This document shows, piece by piece, positions 48,828-59,016 of a DNA stretch of 64,000 bases (position 1 is its first letter; each line of letters starts with the position of its first letter). The translations under genes and the position numbers were made by a program. The notes beneath the pieces were generated by a model that was not told the DNA's origin, searched no databases, and saw only the letters and a program-made list of their open reading frames with translations. The stretch is from contig JBHLMN010000017.1 of assembly GCA_048938105.1 (NCBI GenBank), positions 1-64,000 of the forward strand, given 5' to 3'. The DNA is from Promethearchaeota archaeon (GTDB taxonomy: Archaea > Asgardarchaeota > Heimdallarchaeia > Hodarchaeales > Hodarchaeaceae).

Positions 48828-50089
48828 TCAGCACTCCTAATATCGAATTCTTCGGTAATAATTTCAGCAATACGTTCTCCAATCATCATTTTTGAACCCG
48901 TGAAATGAATAGGAGGGATTCCAGACCGGATAACAAAAATATCATTAGTTTCTGACACGAATCCTTTTGTTGGCTCCCCCACCCAATTAGCACAAACCAT
49001 GTTTAATTTATGCTTCTCTAGTAACGTTCTTCCTCTTTTCAGTAATTCTTCCTCAGTGATACCTACCTCGGCTTTATAAGCGACTAAATAAATATTTGGA
49101 TAGCTTTCCCTAATCTTTTCAATAATTTTAACGGTAGGTACCAACTTGAGTGTTAAGTTTGTCTGTTTTGAAGGGATCTTACCAGTTTGATACTGCGGTT
49201 TGTAATCTGAAACAGCTGCCACTGCGATTAAGCCATGATAATCCAGATTGGAAAGCTCTCTCTGAACTTCATCATACATATCTTGTGTTGAACGGACGAT
49301 TTTCACTGGAAATGATACTCTTTCCAAATTTAGATTATGACCCTCTCCTAGAATTAGTACAATCTCCGCTCCATGATCTTTCAAAGCATTAGCCACTTGA
49401 TATGCTGACAATCCCGTGGATGGATTCGAAAGAAAGCGTACATCATCCAAATATTCGCGAGTTGCTCCACCTGTAATTAGAAAGCGTTTATCCTTTAATT
49501 TCTTGGTTCGATTGATTAACATGAATATATTTTGCATTAATTGGTTTAAAGGGGGAAATTTATATTTATTTTCAACCTCAGCTAAGTCTGAAAAGGTCAC
49601 ATTTTGTTTTTTCAAATAGGAAATATTTTTTTCAAGAATAGGATTATCCAACAAAACAGTATGTGCAGCAGGAACAATAAATAATGGGATTTTAGCTCCA
49701 AATGCTGCCAATGCAACTAAGGTAACTGGCCCGTCTGCAATTCCATTAGCAAGTTTAGAAATAGTATTAGCAGTAGCAGGACAAATCATGCATAGATCTA
49801 CCTTATGATCTGGATGAGAAACCCATTTTACGTGTTCAGACCTTCCCGAGATTTGAGTTATTGGTTCTTTGTCCATACACCACGTTAATGCATCTGTAGC
49901 TATTAAACGGGTGGCCTCCTCCGAAAGTACAACGATGGGATCACCTTCGTAACGTAAAATTTCTCTTACAAGATGGGGAACTTCAATAACCGCTATGGAT
50001 CCTGTAATAGCTAGTAAAATGCGTTTATTCCTTAGCTGATTTCCTTTGGACCCAAATATTTCAGCAATCCCCATTGTATGTATCTCCAA
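48824..50089 (-). CDS. coaBC: Bifunctional phosphopantothenoylcysteine decarboxylase/ligase
   Basis: ITGSIA, PATANTISKLANGIAD, TGGATRE..DDVRFLSNPSTG, AAVSDY, YKAE. Confidence 0.95.
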   Translation of the reverse strand: MEIHTMGIAEIFGSKGNQLRNKRILLAITGSIAVIEVPHLVREILRYEGDPIVVLSEEATRLIATDALTWCMDKEPITQISGRSEHVKWVSHPDHKVDLCMICPATANTISKLANGIADGPVTLVALAAFGAKIPLFIVPAAHTVLLDNPILEKNISYLKKQNVTFSDLAEVENKYKFPPLNQLMQNIFMLINRTKKLKDKRFLITGGATREYLDDVRFLSNPSTGLSAYQVANALKDHGAEIVLILGEGHNLNLERVSFPVKIVRSTQDMYDEVQRELSNLDYHGLIAVAAVSDYKPQYQTGKIPSKQTNLTLKLVPTVKIIEKIRESYPNIYLVAYKAEVGITEEELLKRGRTLLEKHKLNMVCANWVGEPTKGFVSETNDIFVIRSGIPPIHFTGSKMMIGERIAEIITEEFDIRSAD

Positions 50090-50332
50090 TTTATACTCAA
50101 TTTCTGTTTCGTTTGTAATTATAACCTCAATTGATTCTTTTTAAGAATCAGGGTTATACCGTTCTTTTTTGTATAATCGAATGAGAGACGTATATACTGT
50201 ATTGTTTGAAAAATACAAAAGAATAAAATCAAGCCTAAAGCACATAAAGGAGAAGAATAATGAGGTTTATGAGAGTAAAACAAACTTGATGTAAGAAATA
50301 TTTCTTATGACTCCCATGAGAAAAGAAGATTA

Positions 50333-51214
50333 GTGATTTGGATAATGTTTTATTATCAAATAATTGGTGACCAATACCTAACGAACTTTGCTGATGGTAT
50401 CTTATTCTCTATATTTGCTTTTATAATTGGAATTATTTCCTCTGCCCTAGGAGTTGGAGGAGGTTTTATCACAACACCTGCATTGATTCTGTTAGGAATT
50501 GAGGAAAGCTTTGCAATTGGCACAGTCTTATTTATGATAATTTTCACTGCACTTTCAGCAACGATCGCTTATGCACGACAACCAAACACAATTGAATATC
50601 GTACAGGTCTTTTAATTGCAATCACAACAGTCGTGGGGGCACTTTTAGGTAGCTTGACCAGCTCATATTTAGCCACTGAAGCCCCTCAAGTATTTCGAAT
50701 TGTTTTTGCATTATGTTTATTTCCAATTTCAGTAAAAATGATAGTTTTTCCTAAACAGAAAAAAAAAGTATTAGAGACTGGTGAGGAGGTTGATCATGAT
50801 GAAATCGTATTATTCGGGTTTGAACGCCGAGAACTTTGGAGTACTTTCTTTGGATTGATTGCAGGGTTTGCCTCTGGTCTGCTAGGGATTGGAGGTGGTG
50901 TTGTGATGGTTCCAATCCTAGTTCACATAGGTAAGTTAAGTATGCATAAAGCAGTTGCCACTTCAATGTTTATCATGATCGCTACTAGTATAGCGGGGGC
51001 TACCGTGAAAATTTCAATGGGCCAGATTTATCCTGATTTAGCCCTTTTTCTCATACTAGGAATCATACTAGGAGCTCAAGTTGGACCGAGAATAATGAAA
51101 AAGATTGAAACTAAACGTCTTCAACAGATTTTTGGATTTGTGATGATGATCGCTCTAATTTCAATCGCAATCGGGCGGGATTATATTGTCGCTCTGATCC
51201 AAGGTCTTTTCTGA
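50333..51214 (+). CDS. TauE/SafE family exporter
   Basis: LGVGGGF and LGIGGGV repeats; AVATS. Confidence 0.9.
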   Translation: MIWIMFYYQIIGDQYLTNFADGILFSIFAFIIGIISSALGVGGGFITTPALILLGIEESFAIGTVLFMIIFTALSATIAYARQPNTIEYRTGLLIAITTVVGALLGSLTSSYLATEAPQVFRIVFALCLFPISVKMIVFPKQKKKVLETGEEVDHDEIVLFGFERRELWSTFFGLIAGFASGLLGIGGGVVMVPILVHIGKLSMHKAVATSMFIMIATSIAGATVKISMGQIYPDLALFLILGIILGAQVGPRIMKKIETKRLQQIFGFVMMIALISIAIGRDYIVALIQGLF

Positions 51215-51356
51215 AGATCTTATTTTTTTGCTAAAAAGCACAAGAATATAAACTACTAGGTAAAATAATTTGATAGAGAAGTTATATAATAATATTCAAA
51301 CCATAATATATATGAATATACTGTGATATCAGTAACACAATCACTCTGGTGCTAAA

Positions 51357-51752
51357 ATGATGGAAGGCAACGCAATTCTTGTAGTTGATGACGAAGAAGA
51401 TACTGTTGAACTTGCCAGGATGGTTCTAGAATACGAAGGTTACCGTGTTTTTTCTGCAAGTAACGGAGAGGAAGCAATCCAATTTCTCAACTCGAATTCT
51501 GAAAAACCAGATCTAGTCCTTTTAGATGTTCTTATGCCTAAGGTTAATGGCTTAGAAGTATGTAAATGGATTAAGGATAATCCCAAACTAAAGAATATTC
51601 CCGTTCTACTTTTTACAGCGAAGGTGGGAAAAAAAGATAGAATTGCAGGGGAAGAAGCAGGTGCAGATGCCTATATTAATAAACCCTTCAGTGCCGATGA
51701 TTTACTTAACTTAATAAAAATACATCTCGAGAGTACTAAGAACCTATCGTAA
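51357..51752 (+). CDS. Stand-alone response regulator receiver
   Basis: VVDDE, LLDVLMP, TA, KPF. Confidence 0.93.
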   Translation: MMEGNAILVVDDEEDTVELARMVLEYEGYRVFSASNGEEAIQFLNSNSEKPDLVLLDVLMPKVNGLEVCKWIKDNPKLKNIPVLLFTAKVGKKDRIAGEEAGADAYINKPFSADDLLNLIKIHLESTKNLS

Positions 51753-52109
51753 TTATTTATTTTCATTGTTATCTTCAGGAAGTCCTTCGATCTCCTGAAT
51801 GAACGCAGTAGCGTGAGGGAAAAAACTTGATAAGCCGTGAACTAAGCTTAACGAGTAATCAACTATTCGGAAAGTTACCTGAAAATGAATTTCCTGAATG
51901 GAAAGATTAAGAGAAAGATGAACGTCGAGACTGGTTTCTCTTCTTTCCATAAATCGGAAAGTGATATCATTTTTGTCCAAAACCTGTAAACAATCCCAAA
52001 AATCCTTTGAAGTCACTACTAATAGAATATTTTGTGGTGTATTTTGAATTGCAGCCATAGGAGTACATTTAGATTTTAAGACAGACATTAATGTGTCAAG
52101 ACTTGTCAC
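51753..52109 (-). CDS. Hypothetical protein (weak NuoC/Complex1_30kDa-like)
   Basis: LSSFFPHATAFIQEI resembles the S.S..FP.A...ERE motif. Confidence 0.45.
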   Translation of the reverse strand: MTSLDTLMSVLKSKCTPMAAIQNTPQNILLVVTSKDFWDCLQVLDKNDITFRFMERRETSLDVHLSLNLSIQEIHFQVTFRIVDYSLSLVHGLSSFFPHATAFIQEIEGLPEDNNENK

Positions 52110-52904
52110 TTAAATTACTCCTACCTCAAGTGTTCCAATTGACTCAACTGTGGCACTAATTCTATCGCCCTTATTTACCGGACCTACTCCTGCGGGTGTA
52201 CCAGTAGCTATTAAATCCCCTAGTTCCAAAGTAGTGATTGAACTGCAATAGCTAATGACTTGTCTAATATCGAATATCATATCTCCTGTGTTTCCTTTTT
52301 GTTTAACTTTACCATTTAATTTTAACTCCAAATCAAGATTTTGAGGATCTTTGATTTCATCAGATGTTACGATGACTGGTCCTATCGGTGAGAATGTATC
52401 AAAACCCTTTGATGGAAACCATGGTCTGCCTCTTTTCTTTGCCACAGCTTGGATATCGCGAGCTGTCATATCGAGTAAAATTGTATAACCAAAAATAAAA
52501 TCAAAAGTTTCCTTTAAAGGGATATTTTTTCCTTTTTTACCAATAACAATTGCCAATTCTACTTCGTGATCAACTTGTTTGACTTGAGGAGGGAAGATAA
52601 TATCATCTCCTGGCCCAATTAACGCAGATTTGGGTTTTAAAAAGAGGTCAGGATGTGGAGGTAGATTTTCAGGTTCAACTCCCATTTCTTTCGCATGAGC
52701 AGGATAGTTTTTTGCTAAACAAATTATCTTAGACGATTGGATCGGTAATTCGAGAGATGATACACTTAAAAGCTCTTCATACCCCAATTGGTTAATACAC
52801 TCACGATCTCGAATAATTGGGTCAATGTTTTTCAAACTGGGGTATCTTTTAATGAGGTTATTTTCCCAAATTACAATTGCACCTTGATTCATTCCAATTT
52901 TCAC
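52110..52904 (-). CDS. Fumarylacetoacetate hydrolase family protein
   Basis: KIICLAKNY..HA, FLKP, DHEVELA, DMTARD, KGFDTF.PIGP, TGTPAGVG. Confidence 0.95.
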   Translation of the reverse strand: MKIGMNQGAIVIWENNLIKRYPSLKNIDPIIRDRECINQLGYEELLSVSSLELPIQSSKIICLAKNYPAHAKEMGVEPENLPPHPDLFLKPKSALIGPGDDIIFPPQVKQVDHEVELAIVIGKKGKNIPLKETFDFIFGYTILLDMTARDIQAVAKKRGRPWFPSKGFDTFSPIGPVIVTSDEIKDPQNLDLELKLNGKVKQKGNTGDMIFDIRQVISYCSSITTLELGDLIATGTPAGVGPVNKGDRISATVESIGTLEVGVI

Positions 52905-53117
52905 TATAAATTTCTCCGTCTAGCTTTTTATGCTACTAGATAACTTTGAGAATTCCAATTAAATTCTATATTTATAAAATAGTTTAAAGAAGAGATTTTT
53001 TTCCTTTAATGGATATTGGGGTTCCAAATCATAGTTAGAATTAAACCTTATGACATGTTGCATAAAAATCACAAAAACAAAAATGATATGAATATCATGG
53101 CATTTTGAGGATTATCA

Positions 53118-54044
53118 ATGGAATGCTTAGTCACAGGTGGCGCAGGATTCGTTGGCAGCCATTTAATAGAAAGATTATTACAAAACAATCATTCAGTGGT
53201 ATGTCTAGACGATTTTAGCACTGGAACGAACAAGAATCTTAGTAGAATCAAAAATAAAATTAAGATTATAAAGGGAGATATAAGAGACCCAGAGACAATT
53301 AGAAAAACGGTCAAAGATATCGATTGTGTTTTTCATTTAGCTGCCCAAATCTCTGTCAATCGTTCTGTGCGAGAACCACGGTTTGATGCATCTGTAAACA
53401 TTGAGGGGACAATAAACCTGTTGGAAGCTATATGTAGTAGCTCTATTAAACGCTTCATATATATTTCTACGGGTGGGGCCATTTATGGTGAACCTTCTGT
53501 TATTCCAGCGACAGAAGAAACCAGAGAGGCGCCGATTTCACCATATGGGATTAGTAAACTTGTTAGTGAAAAATACATAGAATGGTTTCACAATGTTTAT
53601 GGCCTTTCATATACAATCATTCGACCAGCAAATATTTATGGTCCACGACAAGATCCTCTTGGCGAAGCTGGTGTGATTTCAATCTTTTTGGGGAGGCTTA
53701 AGAACAGTAAACCCCTGGAAATTTTTGGGGATGGTAAAGATACTAGAGATTATGTTTATGTTAAAGATATTGCAGAGATCTGCATCAAGGCAATGAATTC
53801 CTCCCACATGAATACATTTAATGCAGGAACAGGAAAACAAACTAATTTAGTAGAATTAGTTAAAATCATCGAAAATGTGACAAAAATCGAAGCACATATG
53901 AAATTTTGTGACCCACGGCCTGGAGATGTCAAGCATATAGCCCTAGACTCTAAGAAAGCGTATCAAAAGTTGGGTTGGAAACCAACTACTAGCTTAACTA
54001 CTGGAATAAGTAAGACTTGGGAATGGTTCTCATCTGTTCAGTGA
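53118..54044 (+). CDS. galE: NAD-dependent epimerase/dehydratase (UDP-glucose 4-epimerase-like)
   Basis: VTGGAGFVG, STGGAIYG, YGISK, NIYGPRQ, RDYVYV. Confidence 0.88.
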   Translation: MECLVTGGAGFVGSHLIERLLQNNHSVVCLDDFSTGTNKNLSRIKNKIKIIKGDIRDPETIRKTVKDIDCVFHLAAQISVNRSVREPRFDASVNIEGTINLLEAICSSSIKRFIYISTGGAIYGEPSVIPATEETREAPISPYGISKLVSEKYIEWFHNVYGLSYTIIRPANIYGPRQDPLGEAGVISIFLGRLKNSKPLEIFGDGKDTRDYVYVKDIAEICIKAMNSSHMNTFNAGTGKQTNLVELVKIIENVTKIEAHMKFCDPRPGDVKHIALDSKKAYQKLGWKPTTSLTTGISKTWEWFSSVQ

Positions 54045-55537
54045 ACTACCACCAACTAAAGCGAGTGGCTTCCTACGAGTTCGCCAAACCCCTGATGAGG
54101 GGAGACTTTCGTTTTACCATTGACTGTGTATCGTAGATTATCAATCCGACTTAAGAAGGATTGATAGCCCGTCCACAGGGCATTATGTGAGAGAAAGCGC
54201 TTCATAATGTTGATCGCTGAGTTGTGGTCGCGATCGAGGACGATTTCACACACTTCACAGTGATAAATGCGTTCAGAAAGAGACATCCGCTCTTTTATAT
54301 AACCACAGACGGAACAGGTTTTAGTAGTATCCCGCTCATCAATTACTGTTACTCTTTTACCTAGCTTTTTTGCCTTATAGGTCAGTAATTCGATAAAACG
54401 CCCTAGATGACCTGTGTTGTGGACACCACGGTTAACACTCTTCTGATACTTTTTCCTCTTTCCATTCTTCTTCCTAGTCATTTGTTTAGGGGAAAGATTA
54501 CCCACGATAATAGTTCGGGCTTTGGTATTCCGTAAGAGGTTGAGGCTTTGCTTATGTTGCCAGTCCATCGTCTGATTTCGACATTTCCGTTGGATGGTTG
54601 CCAACCTTTGAGTGAACAATCGATGTCTATGACTCCCCTGTTTGCAGTGATCTCGTCTCTGCTGCAAGGAGCGAATCTTCGGTTCCCAATACTTGTCAGG
54701 ACGCTTGACCGTTGATTCGAGAAACTTACCCTGCAGATTAATGGCTGTATGTTTGGTCGTACCTAGATCAAACGCTTGGTACAGCCCATTATCAATGAAA
54801 GGAGGATCCTAATGTTCAAATGTTACGGCTAAATAAAACCTCTTGTCATAGTGATCTTGAAAGATCTCAATCTGTTTAATGATGTGAGTAGAAAAGTCAA
54901 ACGGGACGGGAAAGATCAATTCTGTCTTACTTGGATGTTTGTGAGAGAATCGAATCGTCTCTTTGGTGACAATGAAACCCGATTGGTTGTAACATAACGT
55001 GAAGAAATAATCCTTGCCTCGGAAGGTGGGTGGCCGAGTAGTATGATCTCCGCTCTTGAGTAACCCAAAAAATGATTTATACGCAGCATCCAGCTTTTTA
55101 AGTGTCATTTGGAGGACTTTGGAGTAGACCTGGGTGTACCTAGGGAACAGCTGCTTTAATTGGGGTAAGGCGTTCTGCTGCTCCCTATAAGTAACACATT
55201 GGTTGTAGGTATCATAAAGATACTTTCTTTCTGCTAGCGCATGGTTGTACAGTAGTCGACACGTCTCTGATAATTCCCGTAGGACCTCCTCCTGCTGGGG
55301 TGTAGGAATGACTGTGAACTTCCATGTGAGAGGTACCATGTAACCACCCTGAGCTATTTTGCGTCTATTACTTTATATAAGCCCTCTGAACCACTTTTTC
55401 CAACTTAACCAGCAATTATTTTCCCTTTCAACCTTTCTAATCTGATGATTCTTTTCCCTCCCCTCTTTTCTGTCTTTGAGATCATTTTTACCTCACCATT
55501 CATCCCCCATTTAAAGGAAAGGGGACTTCTGGTGAAG
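54041..55537 (-). mobile_element. Non-autonomous IS200/IS605-family (IS1341-type, tnpB-only) element
   Basis: On the minus strand: TTTAA followed by left-end hairpin CTTCACCAGAAGTCCCC..GGGGGATGAATGGTGAGG; right end GAAGCCACTCGCTTTAGTTGGTGGTAGTTCAC; removing the element restores a TAA stop for galE; visibly higher GC than the flanks; no tnpA. Confidence 0.88.
54056..55339 (-). pseudogene. tnpB: TnpB RNA-guided nuclease with a single in-frame TAG at 54809-54811
   Basis: One 428-codon frame: CRLLYNHAL..FEH*DPPFIDNGLYQAFDLG..IIVGNL..IDERDTTKTCSVCG..CEVC..DRDHNSAINI. Confidence 0.9.
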
Positions 55538-55556
55538 TTAAATCTTTTATATGCAG

Positions 55557-56579
55557 TTACCGAGGAAGGAGTTCTTTAATTTTCCTTTCCTGTTCGAATA
55601 ACCATTTTTCATCTAATTCAGAAAAACCAAAATGATTCCAAAATGATGCAACTACCCAGGGATCCAATTTCATTTCTTTTTTCGGATTTTGAGCAACCAA
55701 CCAAAATCCTTGCCATAACTCACCAACTGCTGTTTCAAAAAGACGTGAGGAAAATTCAGCTTCAGCTTTTTGACTCTGAATCAAACGGCGTTCTGATTCG
55801 TTAATGGAAACAAATGCTGCTAATATCCACATTTCACGATCAGTTTTGACATTTAACTGGTATAGACGATCTGCTAATGTTTCTAACTCCTTTCGAGCAT
55901 TATCGAGCTTTTCAGGTGTGAAAGTCGGAATACGTAATAGATTCACAAAGAAAGTGTAAAGATCCATATCAAAATCTCTTAATACATCCAGTAAAAGTGT
56001 TGCAGTTCCGATTTTAAAGGCATTCGCTTCCATCAAAGGAACACAGATGGCTTCCTCTGCTGCCTTAATTATCCACATGAAAGCGTCTGCTAACATATCC
56101 TCTCTAAGACGATTCTTCATTCGATCCAATAACAATAGAGTTGTTTGACGTTTTAGCTCAATTAACGCAGGATCCCATTCAATATGGGGCGCTTGATCAA
56201 CCCATTGCTGTAATTTTCCCTTCGGATCAAAAACAATATCACTAGATCTTAAAATACGTGTTACTGTAGCGACTTGCCAATAAGGAACATCTTTTTTCCC
56301 CCCTAAGACATCCAAGAAGAATGAGGGCGGAGCAAAGGTCACTTTAATTTCCAATTCATCAGGAATGTCAACCAAATCAGTAACCGTGGTTTCCTTGAGA
56401 TCATGGACACTCTCACGAATAGCCCAAAGATTAATTCTAGAATCAAATTGCTCAAAATCGTCATGAACTAGAAATCGTCCTAGTTCTTGATCCTTAGCCT
56501 CAATTTTCGCCAATAAAGTCTCAGTAACTCGGTTAATAACTTGGTTATCATTCTTAGATCTCATCAAAAGGCTCCTCAA
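55557..56579 (-). CDS. Hypothetical protein (possibly degenerate nucleotidyltransferase-like + helical domain)
   Basis: 340-aa ORF; ILRSSDIVFDPKGKL resembles the tail of MNT-like domains; no GS/DxD motif seen. Confidence 0.6.
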   Translation of the reverse strand: MRSLLMRSKNDNQVINRVTETLLAKIEAKDQELGRFLVHDDFEQFDSRINLWAIRESVHDLKETTVTDLVDIPDELEIKVTFAPPSFFLDVLGGKKDVPYWQVATVTRILRSSDIVFDPKGKLQQWVDQAPHIEWDPALIELKRQTTLLLLDRMKNRLREDMLADAFMWIIKAAEEAICVPLMEANAFKIGTATLLLDVLRDFDMDLYTFFVNLLRIPTFTPEKLDNARKELETLADRLYQLNVKTDREMWILAAFVSINESERRLIQSQKAEAEFSSRLFETAVGELWQGFWLVAQNPKKEMKLDPWVVASFWNHFGFSELDEKWLFEQERKIKELLPR

Positions 56580-56646
56580 TTATGATACATGAGAATAGGA
56601 ATTTATTAAATTCACATTAATATTCTTATTATTAGTAATTCCAACG

Positions 56647-58995
56647 GTGAATTGTGTGAAAAAACTTCAGCTTACTTTTCTCTTATTTCTTATTATTTCA
56701 AATGTGGTTTTTTCTTGTTCTGTACGTTCCAACAGCAATGATAGGGCTGAAATTTCACTCAGATCACGTCAAATAATATATAATGTGGCACATACAACTC
56801 TTAAATTACTTGTTATCCTTATGGAATTACCTGATGATCCTCATCATCCTACTCACACAATACACTATTATGAGAATCTTTTCTTTTCAACTGAAGCAGA
56901 TAGTGTGAGCCAATATTTTCGGAATACTTCTTATGGGGAGGTTATCTTAGAAGGAGAAATACTAGGTTGGTATCAAGCGAACCACAACTTAAGCTATTAT
57001 GGAGCTGGTGAGAGATTGGGTGGTATACCATCCGTAGATTCTGTTTATTATGGTCTTGCAGAGGAAGCAAGAACCCATGCGATTAATGCTAAAAAAGATC
57101 CACAGGACTATGATCTTTTCATCGTAATTCATTCGGGTGATGGACAAGAGTATTCAGGAAACTCAAACGATATCTGGTCTCACAAAGGAAGTTATCCCAT
57201 TGAATATTCTATGAATCATGAGTATGTAGATTATGTAACCCCTTCACACGAATTAGGGCATGAACTTTACTTCCCAGATCTTTATGACTACAAGAGCTAT
57301 CAAAACATCTTTGCTGGACCTTATGATATTATGGCTTATGGAGAAGGCCATTTCTCGATTTGGAATAAATATTATAGTCGAATTTCACAAGCAAATTCTC
57401 CTCGGTTTCTTTCAAATAGCCATCGCTTACAAATTACTAATTTTACGAATGATACCATAACCAATGCTAATCCTTTAGCTCTAACTGAACCCAGTGGTAT
57501 CATGTGGCTTGAACTGGAGTGGAATTCAACAGGATTCAGCAATCCTGAATATGGTCGAGGATGGACAGTTACAGTTCGGGAAGACCTCGATTACGATAGA
57601 TATCTACCAAAACATGGAATTGTCATTGCTGAAATTCAGGTTGGCCCTCGTGCATCTAATCAAATCCAAGTAGGATCAGATGTATGGCCTCCTTGGAATG
57701 TAATTGATGCACATCCTGAAACAAGTGAGAATAAAGAAGATGCTGCATTTTCCTTAGTTGATGGGGACATTGGAACCTATTGCTCAAAAGAAGGGTGGGC
57801 CATTCAGGTAATAGAAAAATATGAGAATTTATCTTATTGTTTAAGGGTGACAAATGAGAGTAAGATCCCTCAAGTGGAGATAGTACCACCAATTCATTCT
57901 ATAAAAGGATGTTATGATATTTTGGTCACAACTACTAGCCCGTTAAGGTCAAACATATCTCGAACAGAGATTTCTATTGACAACGGACCCTGGAAAACTT
58001 GTAATCCTGCTGCAATTGAAGGAACTTATTATTTTGAGTGGAATACAACAGGAGTAAGAGAAGGAACTCATTTGGTTCGAGCTCGAGCTTTAGACAATAC
58101 AAATATTCCTTACATTGGCTATTCCTCTTTCATAAACGTAGAAGTTGATAATACAGATGGCATAATACTAGTAGTAGATGATGATCTGGGCCGTTCGTCG
58201 GAAACTTCTATCCTTTCGGCGTTAGATAAATTAGGCTATTCTGGACAATATGAAATTCTACAGACAAGTTCTTTGACTGATGCAGAGATCAGCGCAGAAG
58301 AGATGAGAGATTATGAATATGTAATTTGGGTAGGAAATCCTGCAATTACTCCAATATCTAACTCACATATTAATTACAATGAATTTCAAGAAATTAAGCA
58401 ATACTTAGAATCCTCGACTATGGATAATCCTTCCCGAATCATTTTCATGTCTAATTACAATATTTTCGACTTTAGTAATCAAGGTAGTAATGTTCATGAT
58501 GAAATTGCTGAGATTTTTCGTGCACGAAGTCCTACTAACTTTCGAGCACCTGTTACGCTATTGAGAGGCCTAGACTTTTTGGAAAGCCTTCCATCGTTTA
58601 CATTAGGTTTTACTAACACATTACGGGCAAATAGAAGTAGTGATGGAGAAGTAGTTACGTTATTAGCTGGAGCGGTATCTATTCTCGAGGATGTGAGCCC
58701 TGAATTCATAGATTACAGCACTAAAGGTTATTATATCGACACTGGGGAATACAAACTGATTAATTATCTTTTTCAGCCTGAATTAGTCCCTGACACGATT
58801 TTACCGAATCTTCTCGATTTATCCATCAACTATCTGAATCAACCAAATAACTCTACATTCACCACCCACACCGCAACACTCTCTGATTCTAATGCTTCTA
58901 CTAGTGGAATTGAACCATTGTTCTTCATTGGTATGTTAACAATTGGAGTAATCAGTATTTTCCTATATATAAGAAAAATAGGACGAAAAATATAA
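56647..58995 (+). CDS. Secreted M6 (immune inhibitor A-like) metalloprotease with Ig-like domain and C-terminal TM anchor
   Basis: Signal peptide, YF..TSYG, IHSG.GQE, IWSH, HELGHEL..PDLYD, DIMAYG, VDDD domain, TM + basic tail. Confidence 0.9.
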   Translation: MNCVKKLQLTFLLFLIISNVVFSCSVRSNSNDRAEISLRSRQIIYNVAHTTLKLLVILMELPDDPHHPTHTIHYYENLFFSTEADSVSQYFRNTSYGEVILEGEILGWYQANHNLSYYGAGERLGGIPSVDSVYYGLAEEARTHAINAKKDPQDYDLFIVIHSGDGQEYSGNSNDIWSHKGSYPIEYSMNHEYVDYVTPSHELGHELYFPDLYDYKSYQNIFAGPYDIMAYGEGHFSIWNKYYSRISQANSPRFLSNSHRLQITNFTNDTITNANPLALTEPSGIMWLELEWNSTGFSNPEYGRGWTVTVREDLDYDRYLPKHGIVIAEIQVGPRASNQIQVGSDVWPPWNVIDAHPETSENKEDAAFSLVDGDIGTYCSKEGWAIQVIEKYENLSYCLRVTNESKIPQVEIVPPIHSIKGCYDILVTTTSPLRSNISRTEISIDNGPWKTCNPAAIEGTYYFEWNTTGVREGTHLVRARALDNTNIPYIGYSSFINVEVDNTDGIILVVDDDLGRSSETSILSALDKLGYSGQYEILQTSSLTDAEISAEEMRDYEYVIWVGNPAITPISNSHINYNEFQEIKQYLESSTMDNPSRIIFMSNYNIFDFSNQGSNVHDEIAEIFRARSPTNFRAPVTLLRGLDFLESLPSFTLGFTNTLRANRSSDGEVVTLLAGAVSILEDVSPEFIDYSTKGYYIDTGEYKLINYLFQPELVPDTILPNLLDLSINYLNQPNNSTFTTHTATLSDSNASTSGIEPLFFIGMLTIGVISIFLYIRKIGRKI

Positions 58996-59016
58996 CTTAC
59001 CAGTTAAACCACAATT

